Assembly: GCA_038065615.1 (NCBI GenBank)
Contig: JBBTQQ010000001.1
Coordinates: 76,207-140,206 of the forward strand
DNA length: 64,000 bases
Direction of reading: 5' to 3'
DNA from: Patescibacteria group bacterium
Lineage (GTDB): Bacteria; Patescibacteriota; Doudnabacteria; UBA920; VMFF01
A model generated the notes under the pieces. The model did not search any database and was not told where the DNA came from. It was given only the letters and a program-made list of their open reading frames with translations. The position numbers and the translations under genes are program-made. Below, piece after piece: positions 1-10,107 of this stretch (positions are counted from its first letter, which is position 1; each line of letters opens with the position of its first letter).

Positions 1-484
1 ATATTGCCCAAGCTGGTTCGTATGCTACTACGACTTTTTTTGAATCAACATTGGTTAATCCTGCTTCTAGCTGGTTTTGTAAATGCTCCATTACTTCTTC
101 TTCACCCATTATTGCAGAAAGACCATAACCAACACAAAGAATCGGCGTTACCTTGTTCCCTATCGCTGCTTTAACCTTTAAGTTGACTTCATTATCTGTT
201 TCCCCTAAAGCTCGCCTTTCAGAATGACCAATTATGGCGTATTTAACCTTGAATTGTTTAAGCATGTCAGCTGAAATCTGTGATGTAAAAGCACCACTGC
301 TTTGCCAAAAAAGATCTTGTGAACCAAGTGTTAGCTTTGTTTTTAAAACAGGTAGATACACAAAAGGCGGACAAACTACTACTGTATTTTGTGTCTTTGT
401 TTTTGAAACAGCTAAAACAAGCTTCTCAGCTTCTTTGAGAGTCTTTGGGTTCATTTTCCAATTTGCAACTATTAGTTTCTTCAT
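1..484 (-). CDS. tpiA: triosephosphate isomerase, 5' part only (3' end lies beyond window start)
   Basis: Minus-strand translation from ATG at 484..482 gives MKKLIVANWKMNPKT...AIIGHSERR..., the classic TIM N-terminus and catalytic motifs. The frame stays open to position 1. Confidence 0.8.
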   Translation of the reverse strand, partial: MKKLIVANWKMNPKTLKEAEKLVLAVSKTKTQNTVVVCPPFVYLPVLKTKLTLGSQDLFWQSSGAFTSQISADMLKQFKVKYAIIGHSERRALGETDNEVNLKVKAAIGNKVTPILCVGYGLSAIMGEEEVMEHLQNQLEAGLTNVDSKKVVVAYEPAWAI

Positions 485-485
485 G

Positions 486-1472
486 TTATTTCAAAAACTT
501 TACAGCATCTTCAGGAGGCATTGGGTTAATTGGTATACCAGTAGCATATTCAAAACCAGCCCAAATGGCAATTCTTGGAAATATAACCAGGTGCCAGTGG
601 AAGGTTTCTTTTTTGTACGCGCTGTGAACTGCTTGTGCAAGCGGCATTGTGTGAATATAGAAGTTAAGAGGTGGGTCTGAAAGTTTTGTATATAGTCTTC
701 CTAAAACCATCTTTAAAACATTCGCGAGCTGTGTTGTTTCTTTTTCTGAAATCTCTTCAAAGTTAGAACCATGTTTTCTAGGAAGAATCCAAGTTTCAAA
801 AGGGCTTCTTGATGCATATGGCGCAAGCACGATGAAATCCTCGGTCTCATACATGACTCGTTCGTTCTGTTTTCTTTCTTCTTCTATTATTGCGCAGTAA
901 ATACACTTTTTGTGTGCTTGATAGTAATGATAGCAACCCAAAATTTCTTCATGAACATTATGCGGAACAAACGGTGTTGAAATTATCTGAAAGTGCGGGT
1001 GAATTAAAGATGCTCCTGCTTCTCTACCATGGTTGTAGAATATTTGAACATAAGCAAGGTTTTGATGTTTTGCTAATTCTAAATATCTTTGTTGTAATAC
1101 CTTTAAAGTATTAACTACAGTAGTTGTTGATTGCAATGCAATTGGCTCATTGTGTTTTCTTGTAATAACTACCTCATGATCTCCTGTCCCTGATCTTGAG
1201 ACATAGAACTCTCTATCAGCTGTTAAAGGAACATCTGAAAGTGCTTCAAACTTGTTAGGTATGACACGGATTTCCCAATTTTTTCCTTTCGGGAATCTTA
1301 CAATATCATCGTTCTTTGATTCATTACCAGGACAAAAAACACAAGCTGGAATAATCTCAGGCATATTTTGAGAAATCACTGGTTCTTGAGCAAACTGCTC
1401 TGGACGCTTGCTTCTGTTAGGTGCAATTAAAACCCAGTGTTTAGATATTGGATTTTGTCTGAATTGAGACAT
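486..1472 (-). CDS. galT: galactose-1-phosphate uridylyltransferase-like HIT-family nucleotidyltransferase
   Basis: 328 aa ORF with a C-x-F-C-P-G Zn motif near the N-terminus and an HPHFQ (HxHxQ) active-site motif typical of the GalT/HIT branch. Confidence 0.6.
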   Translation of the reverse strand: MSQFRQNPISKHWVLIAPNRSKRPEQFAQEPVISQNMPEIIPACVFCPGNESKNDDIVRFPKGKNWEIRVIPNKFEALSDVPLTADREFYVSRSGTGDHEVVITRKHNEPIALQSTTTVVNTLKVLQQRYLELAKHQNLAYVQIFYNHGREAGASLIHPHFQIISTPFVPHNVHEEILGCYHYYQAHKKCIYCAIIEEERKQNERVMYETEDFIVLAPYASRSPFETWILPRKHGSNFEEISEKETTQLANVLKMVLGRLYTKLSDPPLNFYIHTMPLAQAVHSAYKKETFHWHLVIFPRIAIWAGFEYATGIPINPMPPEDAVKFLK

Positions 1473-1981
1473 TAGTAGATATTAAAGTTTCTTGCAAAAC
1501 GACTGATCCAAGAAGAGTGACCGTAGATATAGAAGAGGCTGTTGCCATCGGTTATTAAAGCAATATCGTAGATCTCAGGATCTGCATCTATTCTTCCTTT
1601 TATTATCGCTATCTTTATATCACCCCTTGCCGTGTTGTTCTCTTTTATAATGGTCAAAGCTTTACGAACAGCTTTTTCATCTTTTGGTTTAAGTGGAACA
1701 ACAACCAAGCTCTCAGAAAGGTTTTGCGGGTTCTCAAAAACTATATTCCCCACCTCGTCTCTTTCAAGCTGCCAGTTATGTGGGTACCTAGCACTGTAAT
1801 TAAATTGGTTATCCAAGAAAAGCTTGTTTGTTTTTAACTCTGCAAAGATAAAGTCTCTGTCAAAGTAGTAACCAGATATATATATGTACGAAAGAAGCGC
1901 AGCGCCTGAAAAAAACAAAGCAAAAATCGCCCATATGAAATATCGGTTCGGATGTAATACCTTTTTCAGTTGATGATGCAT
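1472..1981 (-). CDS. hypothetical membrane-anchored protein
   Basis: 169 aa ORF with a single N-terminal hydrophobic helix. Tightly packed in the same-strand operon. No recognisable motif. Confidence 0.4.
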   Translation of the reverse strand: MHHQLKKVLHPNRYFIWAIFALFFSGAALLSYIYISGYYFDRDFIFAELKTNKLFLDNQFNYSARYPHNWQLERDEVGNIVFENPQNLSESLVVVPLKPKDEKAVRKALTIIKENNTARGDIKIAIIKGRIDADPEIYDIALITDGNSLFYIYGHSSWISRFARNFNIY

Positions 1982-1988
1982 TTTATTT

Positions 1989-2372
1989 TTAGTTAGTTTG
2001 TTTGTTTAGATAGTTCTGTAGAAATATTTGTGCAGCTAAAGAATCAATGTTTTTGCTGTGGCCTGAAATATTTTCAGCCATCTTTGAACTCAATCTCTCA
2101 TCTACCAACTCCACCTCAAGTCCACACATTGTTTCTATCTTTTTCTTAAACTCCACCACTTCTTCTGTTTTTTTGGTTGATTCTCCACTCATATTTAAAG
2201 GATTGCCTAAGACGATTTTGCTAACATCTTTTTCTTTAAGTAAGTTTGGAAGATCTTCAAAGATTTGTTCAGGGCTCCAAATTTCAAACTCAAAAGCAAA
2301 TTTTTGCTCTTCATCGCTTAAAGCCAAACCCATTCTTTTTTCACCGTAGTCAATTGCTAGTATTCTAGACAT
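1989..2372 (-). CDS. ruvX: Holliday junction resolvase-like protein YqgF/RuvX
   Basis: N-terminus MSRILAIDYGEKRMGLALSD matches the RuvX/YqgF RNase H-fold signature. 127 aa. Confidence 0.85.
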   Translation of the reverse strand: MSRILAIDYGEKRMGLALSDEEQKFAFEFEIWSPEQIFEDLPNLLKEKDVSKIVLGNPLNMSGESTKKTEEVVEFKKKIETMCGLEVELVDERLSSKMAENISGHSKNIDSLAAQIFLQNYLNKQTN

Positions 2373-3634
2373 TATTTGCTTTCGCTTAAAACAGCTTTAA
2401 TCTTAATGTTTTGTTTGTCTCTAATTACATCTAGTGTAACAGTGTCTCCGGGATTGTATTGTCTAATTAACCCCGCCAAGCTATGCGTGTCATCAATTTT
2501 AACACCATTAACCCCTGTGATTATATCAGAATCTTTAAGTCCTGCTTTTTCTGCAGAACTTCCAGGAGTGACTCCAGAAACCGGACTGCCATATTCATCT
2601 GTTCCGGTTATGATCCATGCACCATGATCAACAGGCAAATTGTTTTGTTGTTGGATCTGAGCATTGATTAAAGCGTATCTAATACCCAAAAATGCTTTAA
2701 CTATTCGTCCGTATTTTTTATAGCTCTGCAAAGCTTTTGAAATATCATTTGAAGAAATTGCAAAACCAACTGACTGTCCTTGCTGCGCCATCGCCGTATT
2801 TATACCAACTACATCTCCATACTCATTAAGTAATGGGCCACCAGAGTTCCCTGGATTGATTGCAGCGTCTGTTTGGATAACTCCTTCTAAAGTTTCAGAT
2901 GTTCCAGAACCCCCTGCTGTTATTGTTCTTCCAATCCCCGAGATTATTCCTGTTGTAACAGTATTGCTGTATTCACCTAATGAATTACCAATAGCTATGA
3001 CTCTCTGACCAATCTGAATCTTAGATGAATCAGAAAGTTTTAAATATGTAGCGCCTTTAATTGATATCTTAATAATCGCGAGATCACTTAAAGGGTCTTG
3101 TGCTAAAACTGTTGCATCAAATCTTTTTCCATTTGAGGTTACAACCGTAAATTTAGCAGTGGTGCTTGCAACAACATGTTTGTTAGTCATAATCAAACCA
3201 TCAGAACTTACAAAGAAACCGCTTCCTGCTCCTGTTTCTTTGTATTGTGGAGTTGTATTTTGCTGTTGTTGGTTCTGAAAGAACGGATCAAAGAAAAACG
3301 GGCTGTTAAATGAATTGTATTTGTTAATATCTTCAGAGATAATCACTGAAACAACAGCTGCACTTGCCTTCTTTATGACATCAACTGTATTGGGTAAGCT
3401 TTGAACATTTTCTTGTTTTTGTTCTGTTGATGCTTTGTTTTCTGTATTCTGAGCAACCACGCCTGCTACTTTTGAATTTAAACCAAAGAGTTTACTTTTG
3501 GACGCAAAAACACCACCCGCAAACCCTGAAATTGCTCCTCCAAGCACGCTAATTAAGACAATGGAAACAATTAAGCCATTGCCTAGCTTTTTGATGCTTT
3601 TTGATTCTATTGTTTCTTTTATTTCTTCTTGCAT
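2372..3634 (-). CDS. htrA: HtrA/DegP-family trypsin-like serine protease with PDZ domain
   Basis: GNSGGPL catalytic serine motif and a His/Asp triad context. N-terminal TM anchor and C-terminal PDZ-like region. 420 aa. Confidence 0.85.
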   Translation of the reverse strand: MQEEIKETIESKSIKKLGNGLIVSIVLISVLGGAISGFAGGVFASKSKLFGLNSKVAGVVAQNTENKASTEQKQENVQSLPNTVDVIKKASAAVVSVIISEDINKYNSFNSPFFFDPFFQNQQQQNTTPQYKETGAGSGFFVSSDGLIMTNKHVVASTTAKFTVVTSNGKRFDATVLAQDPLSDLAIIKISIKGATYLKLSDSSKIQIGQRVIAIGNSLGEYSNTVTTGIISGIGRTITAGGSGTSETLEGVIQTDAAINPGNSGGPLLNEYGDVVGINTAMAQQGQSVGFAISSNDISKALQSYKKYGRIVKAFLGIRYALINAQIQQQNNLPVDHGAWIITGTDEYGSPVSGVTPGSSAEKAGLKDSDIITGVNGVKIDDTHSLAGLIRQYNPGDTVTLDVIRDKQNIKIKAVLSESK

Positions 3635-3678
3635 AAACCGTCTCCTCAGGTATATATTATCACACTCTAAGCACGGTT

Positions 3679-4428
3679 TTAAGTAAGGATCTCTGGACCG
3701 CTTTTTGTAATTACAACAGTGTGTTCAAAGTGTGCTGCCAGACTTTCATCTTTGGTAGTTACAGTCCAACCATCATCTTCAATGAAAATATCATCAGTAC
3801 CTAATGTAAACATTGGTTCAATTGCGATGACTAGACCTTCTGTGAGTTCAGAACCTGTTCCTTTTTTACCATAGTTTGGAACCTGTGGCTCTTCATGCAC
3901 AGCATGCCCTACTCCATGACCAACAAGATCTCTGATTATTCCCAATTTGTTGTCATCAGCAACTTTCTGCACAGCAGCCCCAATATCTCCGACTTTGTTT
4001 CCAATCTTTGCTTCCGCGATACCAATTGATAGAGCTTTCTTAGTAAGTGAAAGAAGATTTTGGGCTTTCTCTGAAATCTTTCCAACCGGAACTGTTATGG
4101 CTGTGTCTGTAAACAAACCTTTGTACTCCATACCAATATCAAGTCCAATGGTGTCTCCTTCTTTTAAAATAGCTTCTTTTGAAGGGACTCCGTGAACAAC
4201 TACAGAATTTACAGAAGTACAAAGTCCTGCTGGAAACAAATGTCCTTTGTTACCATATCCTTTGAATGATGGTTTGCCTCCTGCTTTAAATATTTCTTGT
4301 TCTGCAAAAGTATTTAGCTCCCATGTTGAAACACCGGGTCTTACAAGCTCTGCCGTTTGTGACAAAATCCGATTTAAGATTTTCCCGCCTTCTTTAATTT
4401 TGTCTATTTCTTCTTGAGTTTTACGCAT
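3679..4428 (-). CDS. map: methionine aminopeptidase type I
   Basis: 249 aa with the conserved metal-binding D/D/H/E/E pattern (GHGVGHAVHEEP, AIEPM). Located downstream of adk/secY as in spc operons. Confidence 0.9.
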   Translation of the reverse strand: MRKTQEEIDKIKEGGKILNRILSQTAELVRPGVSTWELNTFAEQEIFKAGGKPSFKGYGNKGHLFPAGLCTSVNSVVVHGVPSKEAILKEGDTIGLDIGMEYKGLFTDTAITVPVGKISEKAQNLLSLTKKALSIGIAEAKIGNKVGDIGAAVQKVADDNKLGIIRDLVGHGVGHAVHEEPQVPNYGKKGTGSELTEGLVIAIEPMFTLGTDDIFIEDDGWTVTTKDESLAAHFEHTVVITKSGPEILT

Positions 4429-5038
4429 GTTTTAAAAACTCCGTTATCGCTCTATCAATTCTCTTTTTTACCTCTGTTCTGCTTCCTAAACCATTGATTT
4501 CTTTGTAATAATACTTAGCTTTGAAGAAAGAAACAACTTGCGCAATATTTTTTCTGTAATATTTAATTCTATTTTTTAAAGAATCAATTGTATCATCAGG
4601 GCGCTTTGAAAACTTCCCTTTAAAATATTCTATTCTGTTTTTAGCGCGCTTTAACACTTCTTTTTCTGGAATATGCAAATACAAGGCAATTGTGCTTTTA
4701 GGTGTTCTTTTAACCTGTTGCATCCATTTGTAAACAAGTTTTGCTTCTCCAATCATTTTAGGAGTGCCATCGAACAAAATACCTTTATTTTTTGGTGCAG
4801 AAAGAATCTTTTGTTTATGTATTGCTCGAACAATATCAGTCGGAGCTAACTTTCCTTTATTGGTTGTTTCTTTTAGAGCTTTCTTAACTGAAGCGCTTCT
4901 TTTGCCATTTAAAATCAACCTCATTTCGCGACCCATGTCTAAATCAAGAAGTTTATATTTATTTAGTAAGAACCTTGCTTGAGTCGCTTTTCCTGCTGCT
5001 GGATCACCAAGAAGAATAATGTTAAGGGGTTGATTCAT
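4421..5038 (-). CDS. adenylate kinase-family P-loop NMP kinase paralog (short type, no Zn lid)
   Basis: GDPAAGKATQA P-loop, an ILFDGTPK NMP-binding motif and an RPDDT...YY C-terminal motif of the ADK family. Lies immediately downstream of canonical adk. Confidence 0.6.
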   Translation of the reverse strand: MNQPLNIILLGDPAAGKATQARFLLNKYKLLDLDMGREMRLILNGKRSASVKKALKETTNKGKLAPTDIVRAIHKQKILSAPKNKGILFDGTPKMIGEAKLVYKWMQQVKRTPKSTIALYLHIPEKEVLKRAKNRIEYFKGKFSKRPDDTIDSLKNRIKYYRKNIAQVVSFFKAKYYYKEINGLGSRTEVKKRIDRAITEFLKHA

Positions 5039-5039
5039 T

Positions 5040-5702
5040 TTAAATACCTAAAGCCGCGTTAATATCAGATGTAACTTTTGGAATGATCTGGTTTCCGTCT
5101 ATCTCTACAAGCTTGGTGTGGATCTTAAGAAAATCAACAACCGGCAAAGTATCTGTCTCATACTGATCTAGTCTCTTGTTTATTGCTTCTTCTGTATCGT
5201 CTTTGCGAATTATTAGTTTACCTCCACATTTCTCACAAACTTGGTTTGGATCCCCATTTGAAATAGCTGGAGTGGTGCATACTTCACAGACTCTTCTTAA
5301 ACTCAACCTATGAAGCGTCTCTTCTCTAGGCAAACTTATATATATCGTAACTAAGTCTTTTCTGCCAATCTCTCCTAATAGCTTAAACAAAAAGTTTGCT
5401 TGACCAATTCTTCTTGGAACACCATCAAAGACAACTATTTTTGAAGAATTAATATGGGACAATTTCTCTGTTAAAACCTTTTCAATATCATCATCAGTAA
5501 GCAAAACCCCTTTGTCTATTAACTCTTTAACGTGCTTACCAAACTCTGTGTCTTGGCTTGATATCTCTCTAAGCAACCCACCCATTTCAACAAACTCAGC
5601 ATTGAGTTTTTGAACTAAGGATTCTGCTTGAGTACCTTTGCCTGAACCTTGCGGTCCTATGAATATATATGTTGATGCGTTCATGTTGTAGTTATTATAC
5701 AT
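5040..5702 (-). CDS. adk: adenylate kinase (long type with Cys4 Zn-binding LID)
   Basis: GPQGSGKGTQA P-loop, VFDGVPR motif, and CEVC...CEKCGG zinc-ribbon lid. Immediately downstream of secY. Confidence 0.9.
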   Translation of the reverse strand: MYNNYNMNASTYIFIGPQGSGKGTQAESLVQKLNAEFVEMGGLLREISSQDTEFGKHVKELIDKGVLLTDDDIEKVLTEKLSHINSSKIVVFDGVPRRIGQANFLFKLLGEIGRKDLVTIYISLPREETLHRLSLRRVCEVCTTPAISNGDPNQVCEKCGGKLIIRKDDTEEAINKRLDQYETDTLPVVDFLKIHTKLVEIDGNQIIPKVTSDINAALGI

Positions 5703-5736
5703 CTAAAAAACCGCTCTAGCGAGCGGCGTTTAAAAA

Positions 5737-7014
5737 TTAAATGGTTTCATAATCCCGCATTACCATCTGTGCTTCAATTGATTTGATGGTTTCAATGACA
5801 ACAGAAACTACGATTAACAAGCTTGTACCACCAAGAGTTAATACCTGGGTGTTAGTATATGCTTGGAAAACATATGGTAATACAGCGATCAAAGCAAGGA
5901 AAACCGCTCCAAAAACTGTAATCCTGTTTAAAACTCGATAAAGGTATTCTGCTGTTTGTCTGCCTGGTCTTAAACCAGGAACAAATCCGCCGTTCTTTTG
6001 AATGTTCTCTGAAATCTCGTCTGGGTTAAAAACAATTGCTGTGTAAAGGAAGGTGAAGAGCAGAACTAGTACAAAGTAGAGCACTGCATAGAAAGTCTGA
6101 TTTCTAAAGATTTCTACAATGTAGTTAGCTGCATTTGCAACCATGGCGCTCTTTGCTGTTAAGAAGAAATTTGCGATTAAACCAGGAAGCAACATCACTG
6201 AAATTGCAAAGATTATTGGGATAACCCCAGCTTGGTTAACACGCAAAGGTAAATGAGTGCTTACACCACCATATGTCTTGTTCCCAGTCATACGCTTTGC
6301 GTATGAAACAGGAATGTTTCGTTGTGCTTCTGTAACATATACCACAGCGGCTATGACTAACAAACCAGCTGCAATGAAAGCAATAATCATTGGTAACTTG
6401 CTAGGATCATACAAGGAAAGCATTTGCTGTAATGCTTGAGGTAATCTTGCAACTATACCAGCAAAAATGATTAAAGAAATACCATTACCAATTCCATATT
6501 CTGTGATGAGCTCACCAAGCCACATCAAAAGAATCGTACCAACAGCAATCGCTACTAATGTAATTAACCACTGGAAAGAAGTTAAGTTGCCAATCGCTGC
6601 TCCGCCCTGCGCTGATTGGAAAAGACGGATTGTGCTGTAACCTTGTAATACTGACAAAGGAACTGTTAGATATCTTGTGTATTGAGCTAACTTTGCTCTT
6701 CCTGCTTCTCCACCCTCTTTTTGTAATTCAGAGAATGAAGGAATAATTACGCTTAGAAGCTGGATGACGATAGATGCTGTGATGTATGGTCCAACACCAA
6801 GCATTGCAATTGAAAGGTTGGAAAGACCACCACCTGAAAAAATATCTAAAAGGTTAAAGAGTTGATTTTGGTTAAAGAAGTTCTGTAATGATGTTGCACT
6901 TAATCCTGGAATTGGAATGTGTGCTAAAAAGCGAGTCAAAATCAAAAGACCAATCATGATCAAAATCTTGTTGCGGAGGTCTTTAGTTTTCCAAATTAAG
7001 GCTATTTTATTCAT
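5737..7014 (-). CDS. secY: preprotein translocase subunit SecY
   Basis: 425 aa, 10-TM protein with conserved SecY plug and hinge segments. Located after rplO. Confidence 0.95.
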   Translation of the reverse strand: MNKIALIWKTKDLRNKILIMIGLLILTRFLAHIPIPGLSATSLQNFFNQNQLFNLLDIFSGGGLSNLSIAMLGVGPYITASIVIQLLSVIIPSFSELQKEGGEAGRAKLAQYTRYLTVPLSVLQGYSTIRLFQSAQGGAAIGNLTSFQWLITLVAIAVGTILLMWLGELITEYGIGNGISLIIFAGIVARLPQALQQMLSLYDPSKLPMIIAFIAAGLLVIAAVVYVTEAQRNIPVSYAKRMTGNKTYGGVSTHLPLRVNQAGVIPIIFAISVMLLPGLIANFFLTAKSAMVANAANYIVEIFRNQTFYAVLYFVLVLLFTFLYTAIVFNPDEISENIQKNGGFVPGLRPGRQTAEYLYRVLNRITVFGAVFLALIAVLPYVFQAYTNTQVLTLGGTSLLIVVSVVIETIKSIEAQMVMRDYETI

Positions 7015-7050
7015 ACGTATATATTATCACAAAAACCGAAAAAACGATGT

Positions 7051-7488
7051 TTAAGCGTTTACTTTGCCACCAGCTTTTTCTATTGTCTGTTTTGCGGTTG
7101 CAGATGCTGGTACAAACACTTCAACTTTCTTTTTTAACTCACCACCAGAAACAATCTTTACTTTCTGATCTATTGCTCTAGTGATTCCTAATTTAAACAA
7201 AGATTCCATTGTTACTTTAGCTCCGTTTTCAAACTTGTTAAGTCTTGATACTTTGACCGCAAAAGCTTCAGCGTGTGGGCTCTTGAAACCACGGAGTTTA
7301 GGTGTTTGTCTAATTAAAGGTTGGCGTCCACCTTCAAATCCTGGGCGAACATTTCCGCTCTTTCTTGATCCTTGTCCTTTAGCTCCTCTACCAGAATATG
7401 TGCCGTGTCCAGAACCAAGTCCGCGACCAACAACCTTTCTGCGCTTTGTAGAACCCTTGTATACTTTTAGTTCGTGTAGTTTAACCAT
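7051..7488 (-). CDS. rplO: 50S ribosomal protein L15 (uL15)
   Basis: Gly/Arg-rich N-terminus RGLGSGHGTYSGRG, typical of L15. Confidence 0.9.
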   Translation of the reverse strand: MVKLHELKVYKGSTKRRKVVGRGLGSGHGTYSGRGAKGQGSRKSGNVRPGFEGGRQPLIRQTPKLRGFKSPHAEAFAVKVSRLNKFENGAKVTMESLFKLGITRAIDQKVKIVSGGELKKKVEVFVPASATAKQTIEKAGGKVNA

Positions 7489-7492
7489 ATGA

Positions 7493-7993
7493 TTATTTTC
7501 TTGCCTGTCTTAATTGATCAGCTGTTTTCATTTTCTTGAATGCTTCAAAGACAGCTTTAACATTGTTTACTTTGTTAGAAGAACCAAGCATTTTGCTTAA
7601 GATGTTCTTAACACCGGCTAAATCCAAAACGCTTCTTAAAGCACCACCGGCAATAATACCAGTACCTGGACGAGCTGGGAGAAGAATAATTCTGCTTGAT
7701 TTGTACTTTAATTTAATCTGATGTGGAATTGTTCCGTTGATCAAAGGAACCATGATCATATTTTTCTTTGCTGCATTAACTGCTTTGTTTACTGATTCAG
7801 CAACGTCAACACCTTTTCTCAAGCCCATACCGACTTTTCCTTTTTTGTCACCAATAACTACGAGGGCTCTGAAACGCATGCGTTTACCACCAGCAACAAC
7901 ACGAGTAACACGCTTAATCTCAACAACCTTTTGTTCAAAGTCGCGCTTTATTGGTTCTCTGTTTGATCTCTCTCTTTTGTTATCTCTTGCCAT
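7493..7993 (-). CDS. rpsE: 30S ribosomal protein S5 (uS5)
   Basis: Conserved uS5 dsRBD and C-terminal domain. Directly adjacent to rplO with no rpmD (L30) gene between them. Confidence 0.9.
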   Translation of the reverse strand: MARDNKRERSNREPIKRDFEQKVVEIKRVTRVVAGGKRMRFRALVVIGDKKGKVGMGLRKGVDVAESVNKAVNAAKKNMIMVPLINGTIPHQIKLKYKSSRIILLPARPGTGIIAGGALRSVLDLAGVKNILSKMLGSSNKVNNVKAVFEAFKKMKTADQLRQARK

Positions 7994-7997
7994 ATAT

Positions 7998-8351
7998 TTA
8001 AAACTTTAATCCTGCTGCTCTTGCAGCATCTGCTAATGCTTTTACTCTACCATGATATTTAAACCCACCGCGGTCAAAAACAACTTCTGAAATATCTTTT
8101 GCTAAAGCCTTTTTTGCAATTGCAGTTCCAACTTCAGCAGATTGATCTGCTTTTTTTCCTTTGGTTTTTAATTCCAAGGAAGAAGAAGCAACAATCGTCT
8201 TTTGGCTAGCATCATCAATGATCTGAGCATAGATATGTTGGTTTGCACGGAAAACAACCAAGCGTGGTCTTTTTGCATCACCAGACATTCTTGCTCTGAC
8301 GCGCTTGTGTCTTCTAACTCTTTTTGCAATTTTTAGTTCTTGTCTATTCAT
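7998..8351 (-). CDS. rplR: 50S ribosomal protein L18 (uL18)
   Basis: 117 aa. C-terminal [20 protein letters not shown] is the L18 signature. Confidence 0.9.
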   Translation of the reverse strand: MNRQELKIAKRVRRHKRVRARMSGDAKRPRLVVFRANQHIYAQIIDDASQKTIVASSSLELKTKGKKADQSAEVGTAIAKKALAKDISEVVFDRGGFKYHGRVKALADAARAAGLKF

Positions 8352-8361
8352 ATATTTCTAA

Positions 8362-8913
8362 TTATTTACCACCAACAGCTTTAACGACTTTACCAGCTTT
8401 TCTTCTGACAATTTCGTCTGAGTATTTGATACCCTTGCCTTTGTATGGTTCTGGTTTTTTCAAAGCTCTAACTTTTGCTGCAAATTCACCAACCGCCTGT
8501 TTATCAATACCAGTGATAGTTATGACGTTTTTTTCCATAGTAGCGGTTAAAACTTCTGGAACTTCTACAATAACTGGGTGGGAAAAACCAAGTGCTAAGG
8601 TAATTGTCTTACCTGCAATTGTTCCTCTGTAACCAACTCCGTTTATTTCCAATTTCTTTTCAAATCCTGAAACAACTCCTGTAACTGCATTTGCAATCAA
8701 AGCTCTAGTTAGACCCCAAAGAGATCTTTCAAGTTTATTTTCTTTGTTTGCTACATCTACTATGATTTCATTTTCTGAAACAGATACCAAAACCTTAGGA
8801 TGGATGACAACTGTTAAGTTGCCCTTTGGTCCTGTAATCTTCAAGGTTAAATCTTTTAATTCAGCCTTGACGCCATTTGGAATTGTAACTGGTTTTTTAC
8901 CTATACGTGACAT
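8362..8913 (-). CDS. rplF: 50S ribosomal protein L6 (uL6)
   Basis: 183 aa. MSRIGKKPV N-terminus and duplicated uL6 domains. Confidence 0.9.
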   Translation of the reverse strand: MSRIGKKPVTIPNGVKAELKDLTLKITGPKGNLTVVIHPKVLVSVSENEIIVDVANKENKLERSLWGLTRALIANAVTGVVSGFEKKLEINGVGYRGTIAGKTITLALGFSHPVIVEVPEVLTATMEKNVITITGIDKQAVGEFAAKVRALKKPEPYKGKGIKYSDEIVRRKAGKVVKAVGGK

Positions 8914-8931
8914 ATGTGTTAAATATTTCCT

Positions 8932-9324
8932 TTACCAAATTTGGCAAATTACTTCTCCACCGTATTTCTGCTTGCGAGCTTCTTTGTCAGTCATCAAACC
9001 TTTAGAGGTTGAAAGAATGGTTACTCCCAAACCACCGTTGGTTCTTGGAATTCTGTCCATTGGGACATAGATTCTTTGACCAGGCTTGCTTACGCGCTGA
9101 ATACTTGAAACAACCGCTTCTCCGTTTGAAGTATACTTAATCTTTACTGAAAGCTGCTTTAGAGAACCTTCAATTACTTCTACTCCGGCAATGTACCCTT
9201 CGCGTGCCAAGATGTTTGCAAGGTTGTGTTTTAACTTTGAGTACGGCATCAAAACGTCTGTCTTGTGGGCAGCTGCTCCGTTGCGTATTCTAGTTAACAT
9301 GTCTGAAATTGGGTCTGTAAACAT
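8932..9324 (-). CDS. rpsH: 30S ribosomal protein S8 (uS8)
   Basis: 130 aa. DPISDMLTRIRNG N-terminal signature. Confidence 0.9.
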   Translation of the reverse strand: MFTDPISDMLTRIRNGAAAHKTDVLMPYSKLKHNLANILAREGYIAGVEVIEGSLKQLSVKIKYTSNGEAVVSSIQRVSKPGQRIYVPMDRIPRTNGGLGVTILSTSKGLMTDKEARKQKYGGEVICQIW

Positions 9325-9339
9325 ATATTTAAATTAATC

Positions 9340-9534
9340 TTACCAAGAAGACTTAACAATACCTGGGATCTCACCTTTTGAAGCGAGTTCGCGGAAACAA
9401 ATTCTACACAAATCAAAGTCTCTCATATATCCACGGTTTCTGCCGCATTTCCAGCAACGTCTAACAACACGTGATTTATACTTTGGCTTTGTTCTTGATC
9501 TTAATGCTTTTGCAATTAACGATTTCTTTGCCAT
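9340..9534 (-). CDS. rpsZ: 30S ribosomal protein S14 type Z (zinc-binding)
   Basis: 64 aa with C-x2-C...C-x2-C ([20 protein letters not shown]). Confidence 0.9.
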   Translation of the reverse strand: MAKKSLIAKALRSRTKPKYKSRVVRRCWKCGRNRGYMRDFDLCRICFRELASKGEIPGIVKSSW

Positions 9535-9543
9535 ATATTTAAA

Positions 9544-10092
9544 TTATTTCTCTTGTTCCGCAAATGGGAAACCCAAGCTCTTTAAAAGTTCTCGACCTTT
9601 AATGTCATTACCTGCATCTGTCGCTATCGTAATCTGAAAACCAAAGGAATGCTCTAATCCTTCTTCTGAAATTTCTGGAAATACTGTTTGTTCTTTAATA
9701 CCAATGTTGTAGTTACCGCGTCCATCAAAAGCATTGATGTTTAAACCACGGAAATCTCTAACACGTGGTAAAGCAATGCTAACCAGCTTGTCGATGAAAT
9801 CATACATTCTCTCGCCTCTTAGTGTTACAGCAACTCCGACAACCTGATTTTCTCTAATCTTGAAACCAGCAATTGATTTACGAGACATTGTTTTAACTGG
9901 TTGCTGACCTGTGATGATTCTTAAGTCTGCAATGACTGATTCTAATAGCTTTGGATCTTTCAAAGTTTTACCAACTCCTGCATTAACAACAACCTTCTTT
10001 ACTTGAGGCACTGCTAAAACATTTTTCAGGCCGAGCTTGGTCTGCAATTCTTTTCGTATCTGCTTATTATATTTTTCTTTAAGTCTATTCAT
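9544..10092 (-). CDS. rplE: 50S ribosomal protein L5 (uL5)
   Basis: 182 aa. Conserved uL5 core. Operon position between rpsZ and rplX. Confidence 0.9.
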   Translation of the reverse strand: MNRLKEKYNKQIRKELQTKLGLKNVLAVPQVKKVVVNAGVGKTLKDPKLLESVIADLRIITGQQPVKTMSRKSIAGFKIRENQVVGVAVTLRGERMYDFIDKLVSIALPRVRDFRGLNINAFDGRGNYNIGIKEQTVFPEISEEGLEHSFGFQITIATDAGNDIKGRELLKSLGFPFAEQEK

Positions 10093-10107
10093 ATATATTC
10101 TTTAAGC

